Below, one piece after another: positions 29,427 to 39,716 of a DNA stretch of 64,000 bases (the stretch's first letter is position 1; each line of letters begins with the position of its first letter). Both the position numbers and the translations under genes were made by a program. Below the pieces are notes generated by a model, which saw only the letters and a program-made list of their open reading frames with translations, had not been told where the DNA came from and did not search any database. The stretch is from the NCBI GenBank assembly GCA_963796055.1, contig CAWCKH010000004.1:2784001-2848000 (forward strand), read 5' to 3'. The stretch is from an uncultured delta proteobacterium (GTDB lineage: Bacteria > Myxococcota > Myxococcia > Myxococcales > Myxococcaceae).

Positions 29427-30982
29427 CGGCTGCGGTTCTCCAGCCACGCCATACCACCGGCCACGTCGATCGGGGTCACCTCGGTGCCGAACCGCGGGCC
29501 GAACACCGCCCGAGGGTCGACACCCCGCACCAGGAAGTGGCTGTACGCCGGACCCATGGTGTCCCACCGGAACCCGTCGGGACGCCACTCGCTGGGGAAG
29601 GTGGGCGGCGGCGGTCCGCGGTACCGGACGGGCGAGTGGGGCGTCCGGGCGAAGCTGAAGTTGGTGATGCCCCCGCGGAGCCTCGCCGGGACCGCGGCGG
29701 CGTGGAGGAACACCGGATGCCGCACCACCCGCGACCCCGGGTCGAAGATGAGCCCCATGATGCGTGGGCGGGGCGGCGTCTCCTCGGCGAAGCGCAGCAG
29801 CGGCGCCGCCTCGAGGTCGAAGGCGTGGAACCCCCGTCCCAGCGGCACCGCCAGGACCAGCCCCGCCACCAGCCCTCCGAGGAGGAGCAGCGGACGGATC
29901 CGGCCAGCGAGGGCCGGCACCGAGGCGACGGCGAGCGGCGCGAGCAGGTGCGCGTACCGGGTGTTCAGGTAGTAGACCGCGCCGCGGATGTCGAAGGGCA
30001 GGAGGAAGAAGAGGAGCCCTGCCAGGAGCGCCAGCCCCGGAAGGCGCCACCGCTCCACCGGTCCCTCGCGGGGGGTCGACCGCTGGCCGGCGATCCACAG
30101 CCCCAGCCCGACCAGGGCGACCAGGGTCGCCGCGCGGAGGCCCCAGCGGTCGCCGCCGTCCTTCAGCAGATTCGCGAGCAGGTCGGGGAGCTCCTCCAGG
30201 TTCTGCCGGAATGGCTTGAAGGAGAGGTTTCGCTCCGAGAGGAGCGGGCCCCACGCCTTCCACGGCGCCCCCTCCTCCACCTCCGCCGGGGCGAGCAGCC
30301 GGCCGGCCCCCCAGACTCCGAACAGCGCCACCGCCGGGATGCTGGAGAGCACCGCGGGGAGCCTCGGCCGGACTGGACCGTCCTCCGGCACGCGGGTGGT
30401 GAGGAGGAGGAAGGGGAGGGCGAGGCCGAGGAAGAGGAAGCCCTGCACGTGCATCAGCACCACCGCTACCAGCGCCACGGCGTGGGCCGCCGCCCAGCGT
30501 CGCCGGCGGGGCGCGTCGGTGAGCGCACGGACGAAGAGGCCCGCGGCGAGCAGTGCGAGCACGAACGAGGCGCTGGAGTTCACGAAACCCCAGCCGAAGC
30601 TGTCCCCGTAGGCGAAGGGCACGGTGAGCACCGCCGGCCAGCGCGGGCGCCCGAGCGAGCGGAGCAGGAACGCCACCGCCAGCGGGAGCCCGAGCACCAT
30701 CGCGCTGAGGAACAGCCGGTTGGCCAGCTCGAGCGGCACCAGCCAGGAGAGCAGATCCACCGTGAGGTAGTAGCCGAGGTACGGGGTGAGCTCGGCGCGG
30801 GCGGCGAATACCTGAGGATAGAGGGTGGTGGGATCGCCCAGCCGGTGGAGGGCCGAGATGAGGTGCAGGTGCTGGGGCAGGTCGACCATCGGGAGCTGCC
30901 GCGCGCACCAGAGCGGAACCACGCCGGCCAGCAGCGCCAGGGCGAAGGCTGCGCGAGCCACCCTCGGGTCGCCCGCGGTCAC
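29423..30982 (-). CDS. Polytopic membrane protein, possible GT-C glycosyltransferase
   Basis: DLPQH after TM1, many TMs, soluble C-terminal domain. Confidence 0.6.
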   Translation of the reverse strand: MTAGDPRVARAAFALALLAGVVPLWCARQLPMVDLPQHLHLISALHRLGDPTTLYPQVFAARAELTPYLGYYLTVDLLSWLVPLELANRLFLSAMVLGLPLAVAFLLRSLGRPRWPAVLTVPFAYGDSFGWGFVNSSASFVLALLAAGLFVRALTDAPRRRRWAAAHAVALVAVVLMHVQGFLFLGLALPFLLLTTRVPEDGPVRPRLPAVLSSIPAVALFGVWGAGRLLAPAEVEEGAPWKAWGPLLSERNLSFKPFRQNLEELPDLLANLLKDGGDRWGLRAATLVALVGLGLWIAGQRSTPREGPVERWRLPGLALLAGLLFFLLPFDIRGAVYYLNTRYAHLLAPLAVASVPALAGRIRPLLLLGGLVAGLVLAVPLGRGFHAFDLEAAPLLRFAEETPPRPRIMGLIFDPGSRVVRHPVFLHAAAVPARLRGGITNFSFARTPHSPVRYRGPPPPTFPSEWRPDGFRWDTMGPAYSHFLVRGVDPRAVFGPRFGTEVTPIDVAGGMAWLENRSR

Positions 30983-31557
30983 GTCCCCGATTGCTGCGCG
31001 ACCAGAACCGGCCAGCCGCTGGCCATCGACTCACGGAGGAACGCGGCCAGCCGCCGGCGAGCGACGTTGACCGCACCCTGCATCGGGTCGACCAGCGCCT
31101 CCTCGCCGGTGCTGCGCTCGCGGCGGAGCGAGACCGGCTCGCCGCACCGCTCGCAGCGGATGCTGACGTCGCGCACCAGGCCGAGCGGAACCGCGTAGCG
31201 GGTGGCGCAGCGCTGGCATCTCCAGACCAGGGCCCGCTCGCCCTCCTCGGCAGCAGCGATCGCCTCGAGCTGGTCCGCCATCCGGAGGAGCGCCGGGAGG
31301 TCCTGGGGCGGCTTGGCGAAGACCACCGAGGGAGAGGCCTGCGGGCCCGGTGCTCCCATCCGCTGCAGCCCCTCGGTGGAGAACATCTGCGCCAGCCGGT
31401 CCCGCACCCGCTGGTTCCGGAACTCGATGCCCGCCAGCGCGCGATCCATCAGCCCCGCGGCCGCCGGAAGCTCGGGCTCGACCAGCGCCTCCGCGGGAAG
31501 CAGCTGGGGTGGCGCCACCAACCGATGGCTGGGGATGGAGAAGAAGCGGATGCCCAC
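30979..31557 (-). CDS. Hypothetical zinc-ribbon protein
   Basis: CQRC...CERC; GTGA overlap with downstream gene. Confidence 0.7.
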   Translation of the reverse strand: MGIRFFSIPSHRLVAPPQLLPAEALVEPELPAAAGLMDRALAGIEFRNQRVRDRLAQMFSTEGLQRMGAPGPQASPSVVFAKPPQDLPALLRMADQLEAIAAAEEGERALVWRCQRCATRYAVPLGLVRDVSIRCERCGEPVSLRRERSTGEEALVDPMQGAVNVARRRLAAFLRESMASGWPVLVAQQSGT

Positions 31558-31619
31558 GATCTTGAGAACGGTTTACCAGCCGCGGGTGTCGGGGCAAAGG
31601 CGCGGCGCAAGCGGGACGT

Positions 31620-32558
31620 TCAGGACCAGTCCAGCATCCGCTTCAGGGGCTTGTAGGCCGCGAGCCGGAGCGCCTCGGGCATGACCAGCTCCGGAGACCG
31701 CTCGGCCATGCACCGCCAGAGCTTCTCCATGGTGTTCAACTTCATGTAGGGGCACTCGTTGCAGCTGCACCCGTTCTCCGGAGGGGCGGGGATGAAGGTC
31801 TTCTGGGGAGCCCGGGTCTTCATCTGGTGCAGGATTCCCGCCTCGGTGACCACGATGAACTCGCGCCTGGGGCTCTTCAGCACGTGCTCCAGGATGCCCT
31901 TGGTGGACCCGATGTAATCGGCGTGCTGGAGCACCCGTTCCAGGCACTCCGGATGCGCCACCACCTCGGCCTCGGGATGCGCATGCTGAAGTTGGACCAG
32001 GAGCTTCTCGCTGAAGATCTCGTGGACGATGCAGCTCCCCGGCCAGAGGATGAGCTCCCGCCCGGTCTGCTTCTGCACCCAGCGGCCGAGGTGCTGGTCG
32101 GGAGCGAAGATGATCGGTCGGTCCTTCGGGGCCTTCTCCACCATCTTCACCGCGTTGGACGAGGTGCAGATCACGTCGCTCATCGCCTTCACCTCGGCGG
32201 AGCTGTTCACGTAGGTGACGACGAAGGCCCCCGGGTGCCGGGCCTTGAAGGCGGCGAAGGCGGCGGGAGGCGTCCGGTCGGCGAGGCTGCAGCCGGCCTG
32301 GAGGTCGGGAAGAAGCACCTGGCGGGTGGGATTCAGGATCTTCGCGGTCTCGGCCATGAAGTGCACGCCGCAGAAGACGATGACCTTCGCCTCGGTGCGC
32401 GCCGCCTCCTGTGCCAGGGCCAGGCTGTCCCCGATGAAGTCGGCCACGTCCTGGATCTCGCTCTCCTGGTAGTAGTGGGCGAGGATGACCGCGTCGAGCT
32501 CCCTCTTCAGCGTGCGGATCGCCGACTCGAGCTCTGCGGGGGCGGGCGTGAAAGGCAT
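31620..32558 (-). CDS. nadA: Quinolinate synthase
   Basis: [39 protein letters not shown]. Confidence 0.97.
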   Translation of the reverse strand: MPFTPAPAELESAIRTLKRELDAVILAHYYQESEIQDVADFIGDSLALAQEAARTEAKVIVFCGVHFMAETAKILNPTRQVLLPDLQAGCSLADRTPPAAFAAFKARHPGAFVVTYVNSSAEVKAMSDVICTSSNAVKMVEKAPKDRPIIFAPDQHLGRWVQKQTGRELILWPGSCIVHEIFSEKLLVQLQHAHPEAEVVAHPECLERVLQHADYIGSTKGILEHVLKSPRREFIVVTEAGILHQMKTRAPQKTFIPAPPENGCSCNECPYMKLNTMEKLWRCMAERSPELVMPEALRLAAYKPLKRMLDWS

Positions 32559-32623
32559 GCCGGCGTGACTCCTTCTCCTCCTCGCTTAACCGCCTTGCGG
32601 CGTGACTTCCAGCGCCGTGGAAG

Positions 32624-34015
32624 GTGCCGGGATCGCCAGTGACCACCGCCGGCGCGCGGGAGCGGACGCTGCTCGGACATCCGCGTGGCCTCTTCTTGCT
32701 CTTCGCCACCGAGGCCTGGGAGCGCGTCCAGTACTACGGGATGCGGGCCTTCCTGGTCCTCTTCCTGGTGGACCGGGTGCACGGGCTGGGATGGAACGAG
32801 GCGCGCGCTCTCTCGCTGTACGGCTGGTACACGGGGCTCACCTACCTGAGCACGGTGGCCGGGGGCTGGGCGGCGGACCGCTTCCTCGGCCAACGCCGCG
32901 CGGTGGTCATCGGCGGAACGGTGATGATGCTGGGGCAGTTCCTGTGCGCGCTGAAGGCCGAGCCGCTGCTCTACGCGGGTGGCGCGCTGCTCGTCGGCGG
33001 GAACGGCCTGTTCAAGGCCAACATCTCCACCATGGTGGGGCAGCTCTACCGGCCCGGCGACCCGCGTCGGGACGGCGGCTTCACCATCTTCTACGTGGGC
33101 ATCAACCTCGGGGCTGCGGTGGGTCCGCTCCTGTGCGGGACCCTGGCCGAGAAGGTGGACTGGTCGCTGGGGTTCGCGAGCGCCGGGCTGGGGATGGGGC
33201 TGGGCGTGCTCCTGTTCGTGCTCCTCCGGGGCCGGCTGCTTCCGCCCGAGGTGGGCGCCCCGCCTCCCCGCGAGCCCAGGCGAGCGACGGGGGGCCGGGG
33301 GCCGGGGGGGCCGCTCACTCGCGAGGAGCGGGACCGGATCATCGTCATCTTCGTGCTGACCTTCTTCGTCGCCATCTTCTGGGCCGGGTACGAGCAGGGC
33401 GGGGGCCTGATGAACCTCTTCACCGATCGGTCCACCGATCGGTCTCTGCTGGGGCACGAGATCCCCACCACCTGGTTCCAGGCGGTGAACTCGGGGTTCA
33501 TCTTCCTGCTGGCGCCGGCGTTCGCCGCGCTGTGGACTCGCCTGGCCGAGGGGGGGAAAGAGCCGTCCACGGGTCGGAAGATGGCCGGCGGGCTGCTGGC
33601 GCTGGCGGTCAGCTTCGTCCTCCTCTTCCTGGCGGCGCGCCAGGCGGAGGTGGTGGGGAGGGCGGGGATGTTGTGGATGGTGGGGGCGTACTTCTTCCAG
33701 ACCGTGGGTGAGCTGATGCTGTCGCCGGTCGGGCTCTCGATGGTCACCAAGCTCGCACCGGCCCGCTACGCGTCGGCCCTGATGGGGGTGTGGTTCCTCT
33801 CCAACGCCGCTGGAAACAAGCTCGCCGGCTCCATCGGCGCGCTGGCCGAGGGGCATGGGGACGCGGCGGTGTTCCTGGGCATCGCCCTGGGCTCGGCGGC
33901 TGCGGGCGCGATCCTCTTCGCGCTCGGCCCGGTGCTCCACCGGATGACCCACGGCGCCGAGGACGTCTCCCCCGAGCTCGCCGGAGCGGCGTCCGGTCCG
34001 GCAACCGCCTCCTGA
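32624..34015 (+). CDS. POT-family peptide MFS transporter (DtpT-like)
   Basis: GHPRGL, EAWER, GNGLFKANIS, FYVGINLG, GELMLSPVGLS. Confidence 0.92.
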   Translation: MPGSPVTTAGARERTLLGHPRGLFLLFATEAWERVQYYGMRAFLVLFLVDRVHGLGWNEARALSLYGWYTGLTYLSTVAGGWAADRFLGQRRAVVIGGTVMMLGQFLCALKAEPLLYAGGALLVGGNGLFKANISTMVGQLYRPGDPRRDGGFTIFYVGINLGAAVGPLLCGTLAEKVDWSLGFASAGLGMGLGVLLFVLLRGRLLPPEVGAPPPREPRRATGGRGPGGPLTREERDRIIVIFVLTFFVAIFWAGYEQGGGLMNLFTDRSTDRSLLGHEIPTTWFQAVNSGFIFLLAPAFAALWTRLAEGGKEPSTGRKMAGGLLALAVSFVLLFLAARQAEVVGRAGMLWMVGAYFFQTVGELMLSPVGLSMVTKLAPARYASALMGVWFLSNAAGNKLAGSIGALAEGHGDAAVFLGIALGSAAAGAILFALGPVLHRMTHGAEDVSPELAGAASGPATAS

Positions 34016-34032
34016 CGCGCTTCCGGCCCCTA

Positions 34033-34053
34033 GTGCCCCGGACCAGAAGTCCG
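34033..34053 (+). repeat. IS630 left TIR
   Basis: GTGCCCCGGACCAGAAGTCCG. Confidence 0.9.
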
Positions 34054-34084
34054 CGAGCGTCAGAGCGGTGTGATCCGCTCAGGC

Positions 34085-35182
34085 ATGGGCAAACGAGCGG
34101 CAAGCATCGAGATCACCGATGAAGAGCGGCAGGTGCTCGACGGGTATGCGCGACGACGGACGACGGCGCAGGCGCTCGCGCTGAGGGCCCGGATCGTCCT
34201 GCGTTGCGCAGAGGGCGGCGAGAACACGGCCATCGCCGCCGAGATGAAGCTCAACCGTGGGACCGTTGCGCGCTGGCGGAAACGGTTCCATGAACTGCGG
34301 CTCGAGGGGCTCCATGATGAGCCGCGGCCCGGAGCTCCACGGTCGATCTCCGACGAGACGGTCGAGCGGGTCATCGTCGAGACGCTGGAGTCGACGCCCA
34401 AGGGGGCGACGCACTGGAGTACTCGCGACATGGCGAAGCATTCCGGGCTGAGCCATTCGACAATCGGCCGAATCTGGCGAGCCTTCGGACTCCAGCCGCA
34501 CCGCTCGGAAACCTTCCAGCTGTCCAACGACCCTCTCTTCGTCGAGAAGGTCCGAGACATCGTCGGCCTGTACCTCAACCCGCCGGAAAGCGCCGTCGTC
34601 CTCTGCGTGGACGAGAAATCGCAGGTCCAGGCGCTCAACCGGATGCAACCGGCGCTGCCGATGATGAGCGGCCGGCCCGAACTCCAAACCCATACGTACG
34701 TTCGCAACGGCACGACGGCACTCTTTGCTGCCTTGGACGTCGCGACCGGCAGGGTCATCGGACAGTGCCGACGACGCCACCGCGCAACAGAGTTCCTCAA
34801 GTTCCTGCACCAGATCGATGCGTCGGTGCCCGCCGATCTCGACGTCCACGTCGTCCTCGACAACCTGTCGACGCACAAGACTCCAGCGGTGCACCGCTGG
34901 TTCCTCCGTCACCCTCGCTTCCACGTCCATTTCACACCGACCTACAGCTCGTGGCTGAATCAGGTCGAGCGCTGGTTCGCGCTCCTGGAGCAGAAAGCGC
35001 TCAAGCGCGGCGTGCAGCGGAGCACGGTCGAACTGGAAAAGGCGATCTATGAGTTCATCGCCGCAAGCAACGACGAACCCCGTCCCTACCTCTGGACGAA
35101 GTCCGCCGGCGACATCCTGGCGAGCATCAACCGGTTCTGCAGTCGAACACTGACCTCGCAGGGCGTGCTGCCGAACTTCTGA
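34085..35182 (+). CDS. IS630 transposase
   Basis: HTH, RPGAPR; DDE triad in VDEKS, LDNLSTH, WLNQVERWF. Confidence 0.96.
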   Translation: MGKRAASIEITDEERQVLDGYARRRTTAQALALRARIVLRCAEGGENTAIAAEMKLNRGTVARWRKRFHELRLEGLHDEPRPGAPRSISDETVERVIVETLESTPKGATHWSTRDMAKHSGLSHSTIGRIWRAFGLQPHRSETFQLSNDPLFVEKVRDIVGLYLNPPESAVVLCVDEKSQVQALNRMQPALPMMSGRPELQTHTYVRNGTTALFAALDVATGRVIGQCRRRHRATEFLKFLHQIDASVPADLDVHVVLDNLSTHKTPAVHRWFLRHPRFHVHFTPTYSSWLNQVERWFALLEQKALKRGVQRSTVELEKAIYEFIAASNDEPRPYLWTKSAGDILASINRFCSRTLTSQGVLPNF

Positions 35183-35192
35183 TCCGGGGCAC
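35172..35192 (-). repeat. IS630 right TIR
   Basis: Reverse complement GTGCCCCGGATCAGAAGTTCG. Confidence 0.9.
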
Positions 35193-37624
35193 TAGTCCAT
35201 GTCCAGCGTGCGGAGCTGCCCCTGGGCGTCGATCATCGTGCCCCACACCTTGTGCGACGCCTGGTGCTCGGACAGGCCGAAGCTCATCACCGATCCGATG
35301 CCCAGGTCGTAGTCGTGGATCGACTCGAGGGCGTCCACCAGCTTCTCGGTGGTCAGGTCCCGGCCGGCGCGGCGCAGCCCCTCGGCGAAGAGCTGCGAGA
35401 CCACGTAGCCCTCGAGAGAGATGAAGTCCGGGTGCTGGTCGGGGTGGTACTTCCGGAGCATCTCACGGTAGCGAATGACACCGGTCGCGTCCGACTCGTA
35501 GTTCGGCACCACCTGGGTGACGATGACCCCCTCGGCGTACCGGGGACCGAGTTCCTTCAGCCCCTCCGCCAGCGCGTTGCTCCCCACAAAGGAGACGTTG
35601 AGGAAGATCGGGTTGATCTTCTCGTCGCGCACCTTCTGGATGAACTTGGCGGCCGCCTTGTAGGTGGAGACCATGATCACCGCCTCCACCGGATGCTTCT
35701 GGCGAACGCTCTCCTGCCCGTTTCGCTGCCGGGTGGTGCTGATCGCCGCGTCGTAGCTCACCAGCGCCTTCACCGCCGCGTCGACGTCCACCGTGTTGCG
35801 CTCAAAGTTCAGCCGGGGCAGCTCGACGTCGCCGTGGCCGGCCTTGCGGAGCGTCTTCGCTGCCCCGTCGTACCCGGCATCGCCGTAGGAGTCGTGCTGG
35901 GCGAAGACGACGATCCGGTGCGGGTCCATCCGCTTCACGTTCAGCAGGTAGTGGATCATCTTCGCCGTCTCGTCCTGGTAGCTGGCGCGGTAGTTGAAGA
36001 CGTGGCGATCGGGCGGATCCTTGCGGAGCAGGCCGGCTCCGGTGAACGCTCCGAAGAAGAGGGTGCGGTTCTTCAACACGTAGGGGAGCGCCTGCTGGGC
36101 GGTGGGGGTGCCCACGTTACCGATCACCCCGAAGACCTTCCGCTGCTCCAGGAGCTCCGTCACGTTCTCCAGGGCCCTGGTTCCCTCGTATCCGTCGTCG
36201 AGCGCCACCAGCTTCAGCTGGCGCCCGGCGACCCCCCCGGCGTCGTTGATCTGCGCGAAGCCAGTGTCGATCCCCAGCTTCATCCGTGTCCCGAGCTGCT
36301 GGGCGGGGCCGGAGAAGGCGGAGCTCATCCCCATCAGGACCTCGGTGTCGGTCACTCCTCTGACCGCTTGCGCCGGGTGCCCCGCGGCGGAGGAGGTGCC
36401 CGTGGTGGTCAAGGGCAGCTTGGCGTCCGAGGATCGGGCCAGCCAGGCCAGCCCCGCGCCGAGCGCCAGGGCCACGACCAGCAGACCGGCGCCGATCGGG
36501 AGCTGGGATCCGCGGCCCTTCGCCTTGGGCTTGCGCGAGGGACCGAGGCTGAAGCGGCTCGCGGTCGATCCGAAGCCGGTCACCAGATTCGAGCCGTGGG
36601 GGCTGAGGTCGGGCAGCGTCTGGACGTCGGCGTCGTTCTTCAGCTGGTGCTCGATGACCGCGGTGATCCGCTGGCGCTGCTCGGCGAAGGCCTCGCTCAG
36701 CACGGCGCCGATCTCGCGCTCGCTCAGCCGCGGAGGATGCCGCTCGAGGTAGGCCTCCAGATCCGCCTGCAGCTCCGCCGCGGTGGCGTAGCGATCCTCG
36801 GGCTTCAGCTGGAGCGCCTGCAGGCAGATCTGCTCCAGCGTGGGCGGGAGGTCCGGGATCAGCGGGCGCAGCGGCTCGATCTCTCCCTCGATGGCGCGCT
36901 GGAGCCGGTCGGTCGAATTGAGGTGCTTCCACATCCTCCGCCCGACCAGCGTCTCCCAGAGCAGCACTCCCACCGAGTAGATGTCGGCCCGGCGGTCGAC
37001 GTGGCCGCTGTCGGTGAACGCCTCGGGGGCCATGTAGCCGGTCTTGCCCTTCACCACCCCGGCCCGGGTCTGGGTCCCGGAGTCGAGCGCCTTGGCCACC
37101 CCGAAGTCGACCAGCTTCACCCGGCCGTCGTACCCGATGAGGATGTTGCTCGGCGTGACGTCCCGGTGCACCACGTTCAGCGGCTTGCCGTCGTAGCCGG
37201 TCAGCTCGTGGGCGTAGTGGAGACCGGCCAGCACGTGCACCAGGACTTGGAGCTGCATGCGGGGAGGGAAGAAGTGGACCGCCTCGGGAGAACGGCGCAC
37301 GGCCTCCAGGCTCTGACCGTCGACGTACTCCATCGCCAGGTAGTAGCGGCCGTTGTCCTCGCCCACGTCGTAGGTCTGCACCACGTGGGGGTGATTGAGC
37401 CGCGCGGCGAGCCGCGCCTCGGCGAGGAACATCTCGCGGAACTCCTGCTCCTCGGCGAGGTCGGCCCGGAGCAGCTTGATCACCACCAGCTTCTGGAAGC
37501 CGCCGAGCGCGCCTCGGGTGGCCGTGAGATAGACGTTGGCCATTCCTCCGCGGCCGATCTCTCCGATGAAGCGGTAACGCCCGGCGAGATCGGTCCCCGG
37601 CTTGTGCGCGATTGCATGGGTCAT
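35192..37624 (-). CDS. Ser/Thr kinase - TM - periplasmic binding protein (LivJ/type I) fusion
   Basis: GRGGMA, HRDVTPSN, DFGVA, YMAPE; one TM; LVALDDGYE, IGNVGTPT, FNYRASY, SLEGY. Confidence 0.92.
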   Translation of the reverse strand: MTHAIAHKPGTDLAGRYRFIGEIGRGGMANVYLTATRGALGGFQKLVVIKLLRADLAEEQEFREMFLAEARLAARLNHPHVVQTYDVGEDNGRYYLAMEYVDGQSLEAVRRSPEAVHFFPPRMQLQVLVHVLAGLHYAHELTGYDGKPLNVVHRDVTPSNILIGYDGRVKLVDFGVAKALDSGTQTRAGVVKGKTGYMAPEAFTDSGHVDRRADIYSVGVLLWETLVGRRMWKHLNSTDRLQRAIEGEIEPLRPLIPDLPPTLEQICLQALQLKPEDRYATAAELQADLEAYLERHPPRLSEREIGAVLSEAFAEQRQRITAVIEHQLKNDADVQTLPDLSPHGSNLVTGFGSTASRFSLGPSRKPKAKGRGSQLPIGAGLLVVALALGAGLAWLARSSDAKLPLTTTGTSSAAGHPAQAVRGVTDTEVLMGMSSAFSGPAQQLGTRMKLGIDTGFAQINDAGGVAGRQLKLVALDDGYEGTRALENVTELLEQRKVFGVIGNVGTPTAQQALPYVLKNRTLFFGAFTGAGLLRKDPPDRHVFNYRASYQDETAKMIHYLLNVKRMDPHRIVVFAQHDSYGDAGYDGAAKTLRKAGHGDVELPRLNFERNTVDVDAAVKALVSYDAAISTTRQRNGQESVRQKHPVEAVIMVSTYKAAAKFIQKVRDEKINPIFLNVSFVGSNALAEGLKELGPRYAEGVIVTQVVPNYESDATGVIRYREMLRKYHPDQHPDFISLEGYVVSQLFAEGLRRAGRDLTTEKLVDALESIHDYDLGIGSVMSFGLSEHQASHKVWGTMIDAQGQLRTLDMD

Positions 37625-37787
37625 GATGCGAGCTGCCTCCCGGAGGTACTGGACCCATCGTATGTCCGAGGCAGCGCGTCACTCGACCCGGGTCGAGAGC
37701 GCCCTATGTTGATCGACCGCGGTGTCTGTAGAGAGATGTGAGGGGAGGAGCGCGCTGCGCACACGCGGCCTCGGTCTCTTCGTCTTC

Positions 37788-39593
37788 CTAGTTCGTCGCC
37801 TCCATCAGCCGCCGAACGAACTTCAGCCCCGGCGAGCCCCAGGAGAGCAGCCGGTCGTGGAACGCGCGCTCGGAGAAGCCGGGCTTCACCTGCGAGGCCT
37901 GCCGCAGCTTGTACATCTCGGTGAAGCCGAAGAAGTAGGTGGTCAGCTGCGCGCTGGTGAGACGCGCTCGCCGCCACTTGCCAACCGCCTCGCCCTCCTC
38001 CTGGAACGCCTGGTCCATCATCAAGGCGAGTGCCTCCTTCTCCTCCATCGTGCCGGCGTGGATGCCATGGTCCAGGAGCGCGTTGGCGCTCATCCGCAGC
38101 ACCATCTTCTGGCGCTGGAGCTTGACCTTCGGACCGCCGAAGCCCTTCTCCGCCATCAGCCACTCGCTGTAGACGGCCCACCCCTCGATGAAGGGACCGC
38201 TGCCGAGCACCGCCCGGAGCTTGGAGGGGAACTGGTTGTTGTGCATCAGCTGCAGGTAGTGCCCGGGCATTGCCTCGTGGACGGTGAGGTCGGCGAGCAT
38301 CGAGTGGTTGTACTCGCGGAAGAACGACTCCACGCGCTTCGGCGGCCAGTCCGCGGGAGGCGGGGAGATGGCGAAGAAGGTCTCGGGTTTGGGCTCCAGC
38401 GGCCCCGAGGAGTCGCAGTACGCCACCGAGACCCCTCGGCGATACTCGGGCATCTCGATGACCGCCACCGGCTCGTCGGGAACCTGGACCAGGTCCTTCT
38501 CCCGCACGAACGTGGTCGCCCGGTCCAGCCAGAGCTTCGCGTCCTGGAGGATGGAGGCGCTGGTCGGTCGGTCCCTGGCCAGCGCATCGAGCACCCGGCG
38601 GACGAAGGCCCGCTGCTGTCCGGCCGTGTCGAGCCGGGGGAGCTTTCCCATCCGGTCCTGCGCCCAGACCTGCTTGGCGGTGTCGACCATCTCCTGCTGC
38701 GTGCGGGTGAGGAGCTGGCGGGCCGACGACGCCAGCGCGTCGATGTCCACGTCCTCGGAGAGCACGAAGGCCAGCTTGGTCCTGAACTTCTCACGGCCGA
38801 GGCGGAAGGAGCCGTCCGAGCGCGCGAGCAGCTCCTCCTTCAGGAAGCCCTGGAGGTCGCGCAGGGCGGCGGCGGCGCGTCCGGCAGCGGCGGCGAGGCC
38901 CGGGACGTCCTTGAGCTGCGCAGGGAGCTCGCGCTCGGTGAGGGCGATCAGGCCCGTGTTCTGCTGCATGGCGGTCTCGGTCTGGACCTTCGCCGGCCGC
39001 CCGAGGCGCTGCTTGGCCACGGCGACGATGGCCGGGATGCCCTCCAGCCGGGAGACGAGGCCGGCCATCCGGGATTCCCGCGTTCCGAAGTTCCGGGTGA
39101 TGAAGGGGTCGAGCCCGGCGCCGATGGTCTGGGTGTACGACACCGGCTCGAGCTCGGCGCTCCTCAGCTCGGCGAGGGCAAAGAGCCCGAAGCGAAGCTG
39201 GTTCTCGAGGATGCCCGCGTCGACCTGGTTGTCGGTGCTCAGTGCTTCACGAGGAATTCGACCGAGCTGCGCCAGGGTGTCCTCGAGGAACTTCCGGTAT
39301 TCCGCCTCGCCCGCGGCGCTGAAGTCGGACCATCGTCCGTCGTACCGGTGATCGCCGTTGAGGGTCGCGTCCTCCGGCGAGCGCTGGAAATAGCCGTCGA
39401 GGTAGCGCTGCGAGAGCGCGGCGAACGCCTGATCCGGGGTGGGCACGGGCGCCTCCGAGCGAGCGGGCTCCGGGGAGGCAGCGGCGGTTGCGGCCGGATG
39501 GCCGCAGCCGGCGGCGACACCCGCGAGCGTGAGGAGGATCATCCATCCGCGAGGACCGAGCGGGCGGTTCCGACCGATGAGGCTCCAGGGCAT
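37788..39593 (-). CDS. DUF885-family metallopeptidase-like lipoprotein
   Basis: AAGC lipobox; HEAMPGHYLQ, FIEGWAVYSE; start uncertain. Confidence 0.88.
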   Translation of the reverse strand: MPWSLIGRNRPLGPRGWMILLTLAGVAAGCGHPAATAAASPEPARSEAPVPTPDQAFAALSQRYLDGYFQRSPEDATLNGDHRYDGRWSDFSAAGEAEYRKFLEDTLAQLGRIPREALSTDNQVDAGILENQLRFGLFALAELRSAELEPVSYTQTIGAGLDPFITRNFGTRESRMAGLVSRLEGIPAIVAVAKQRLGRPAKVQTETAMQQNTGLIALTERELPAQLKDVPGLAAAAGRAAAALRDLQGFLKEELLARSDGSFRLGREKFRTKLAFVLSEDVDIDALASSARQLLTRTQQEMVDTAKQVWAQDRMGKLPRLDTAGQQRAFVRRVLDALARDRPTSASILQDAKLWLDRATTFVREKDLVQVPDEPVAVIEMPEYRRGVSVAYCDSSGPLEPKPETFFAISPPPADWPPKRVESFFREYNHSMLADLTVHEAMPGHYLQLMHNNQFPSKLRAVLGSGPFIEGWAVYSEWLMAEKGFGGPKVKLQRQKMVLRMSANALLDHGIHAGTMEEKEALALMMDQAFQEEGEAVGKWRRARLTSAQLTTYFFGFTEMYKLRQASQVKPGFSERAFHDRLLSWGSPGLKFVRRLMEATN

Positions 39594-39716
39594 GGGGCGG
39601 CAGCATGGGTGCCGCCCGGTGCCGGAGCAACCGTGATGCAGCGGCCTGCCCTGCTTCGCGACGGGCCGGAGCTCGCCTACGCTCGGCGTAGCGACGGCGT
39701 CGAGGGAGGGTTCCGG

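Larger units (their letters stand above)
34033..35192 (+). mobile_element. IS630-family insertion sequence, 1160 bp, TA duplication in CTAG context
   Basis: 21-bp terminal inverted repeats (19/21 match); TA at 34031-32 and 35193-94. Confidence 0.93.
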
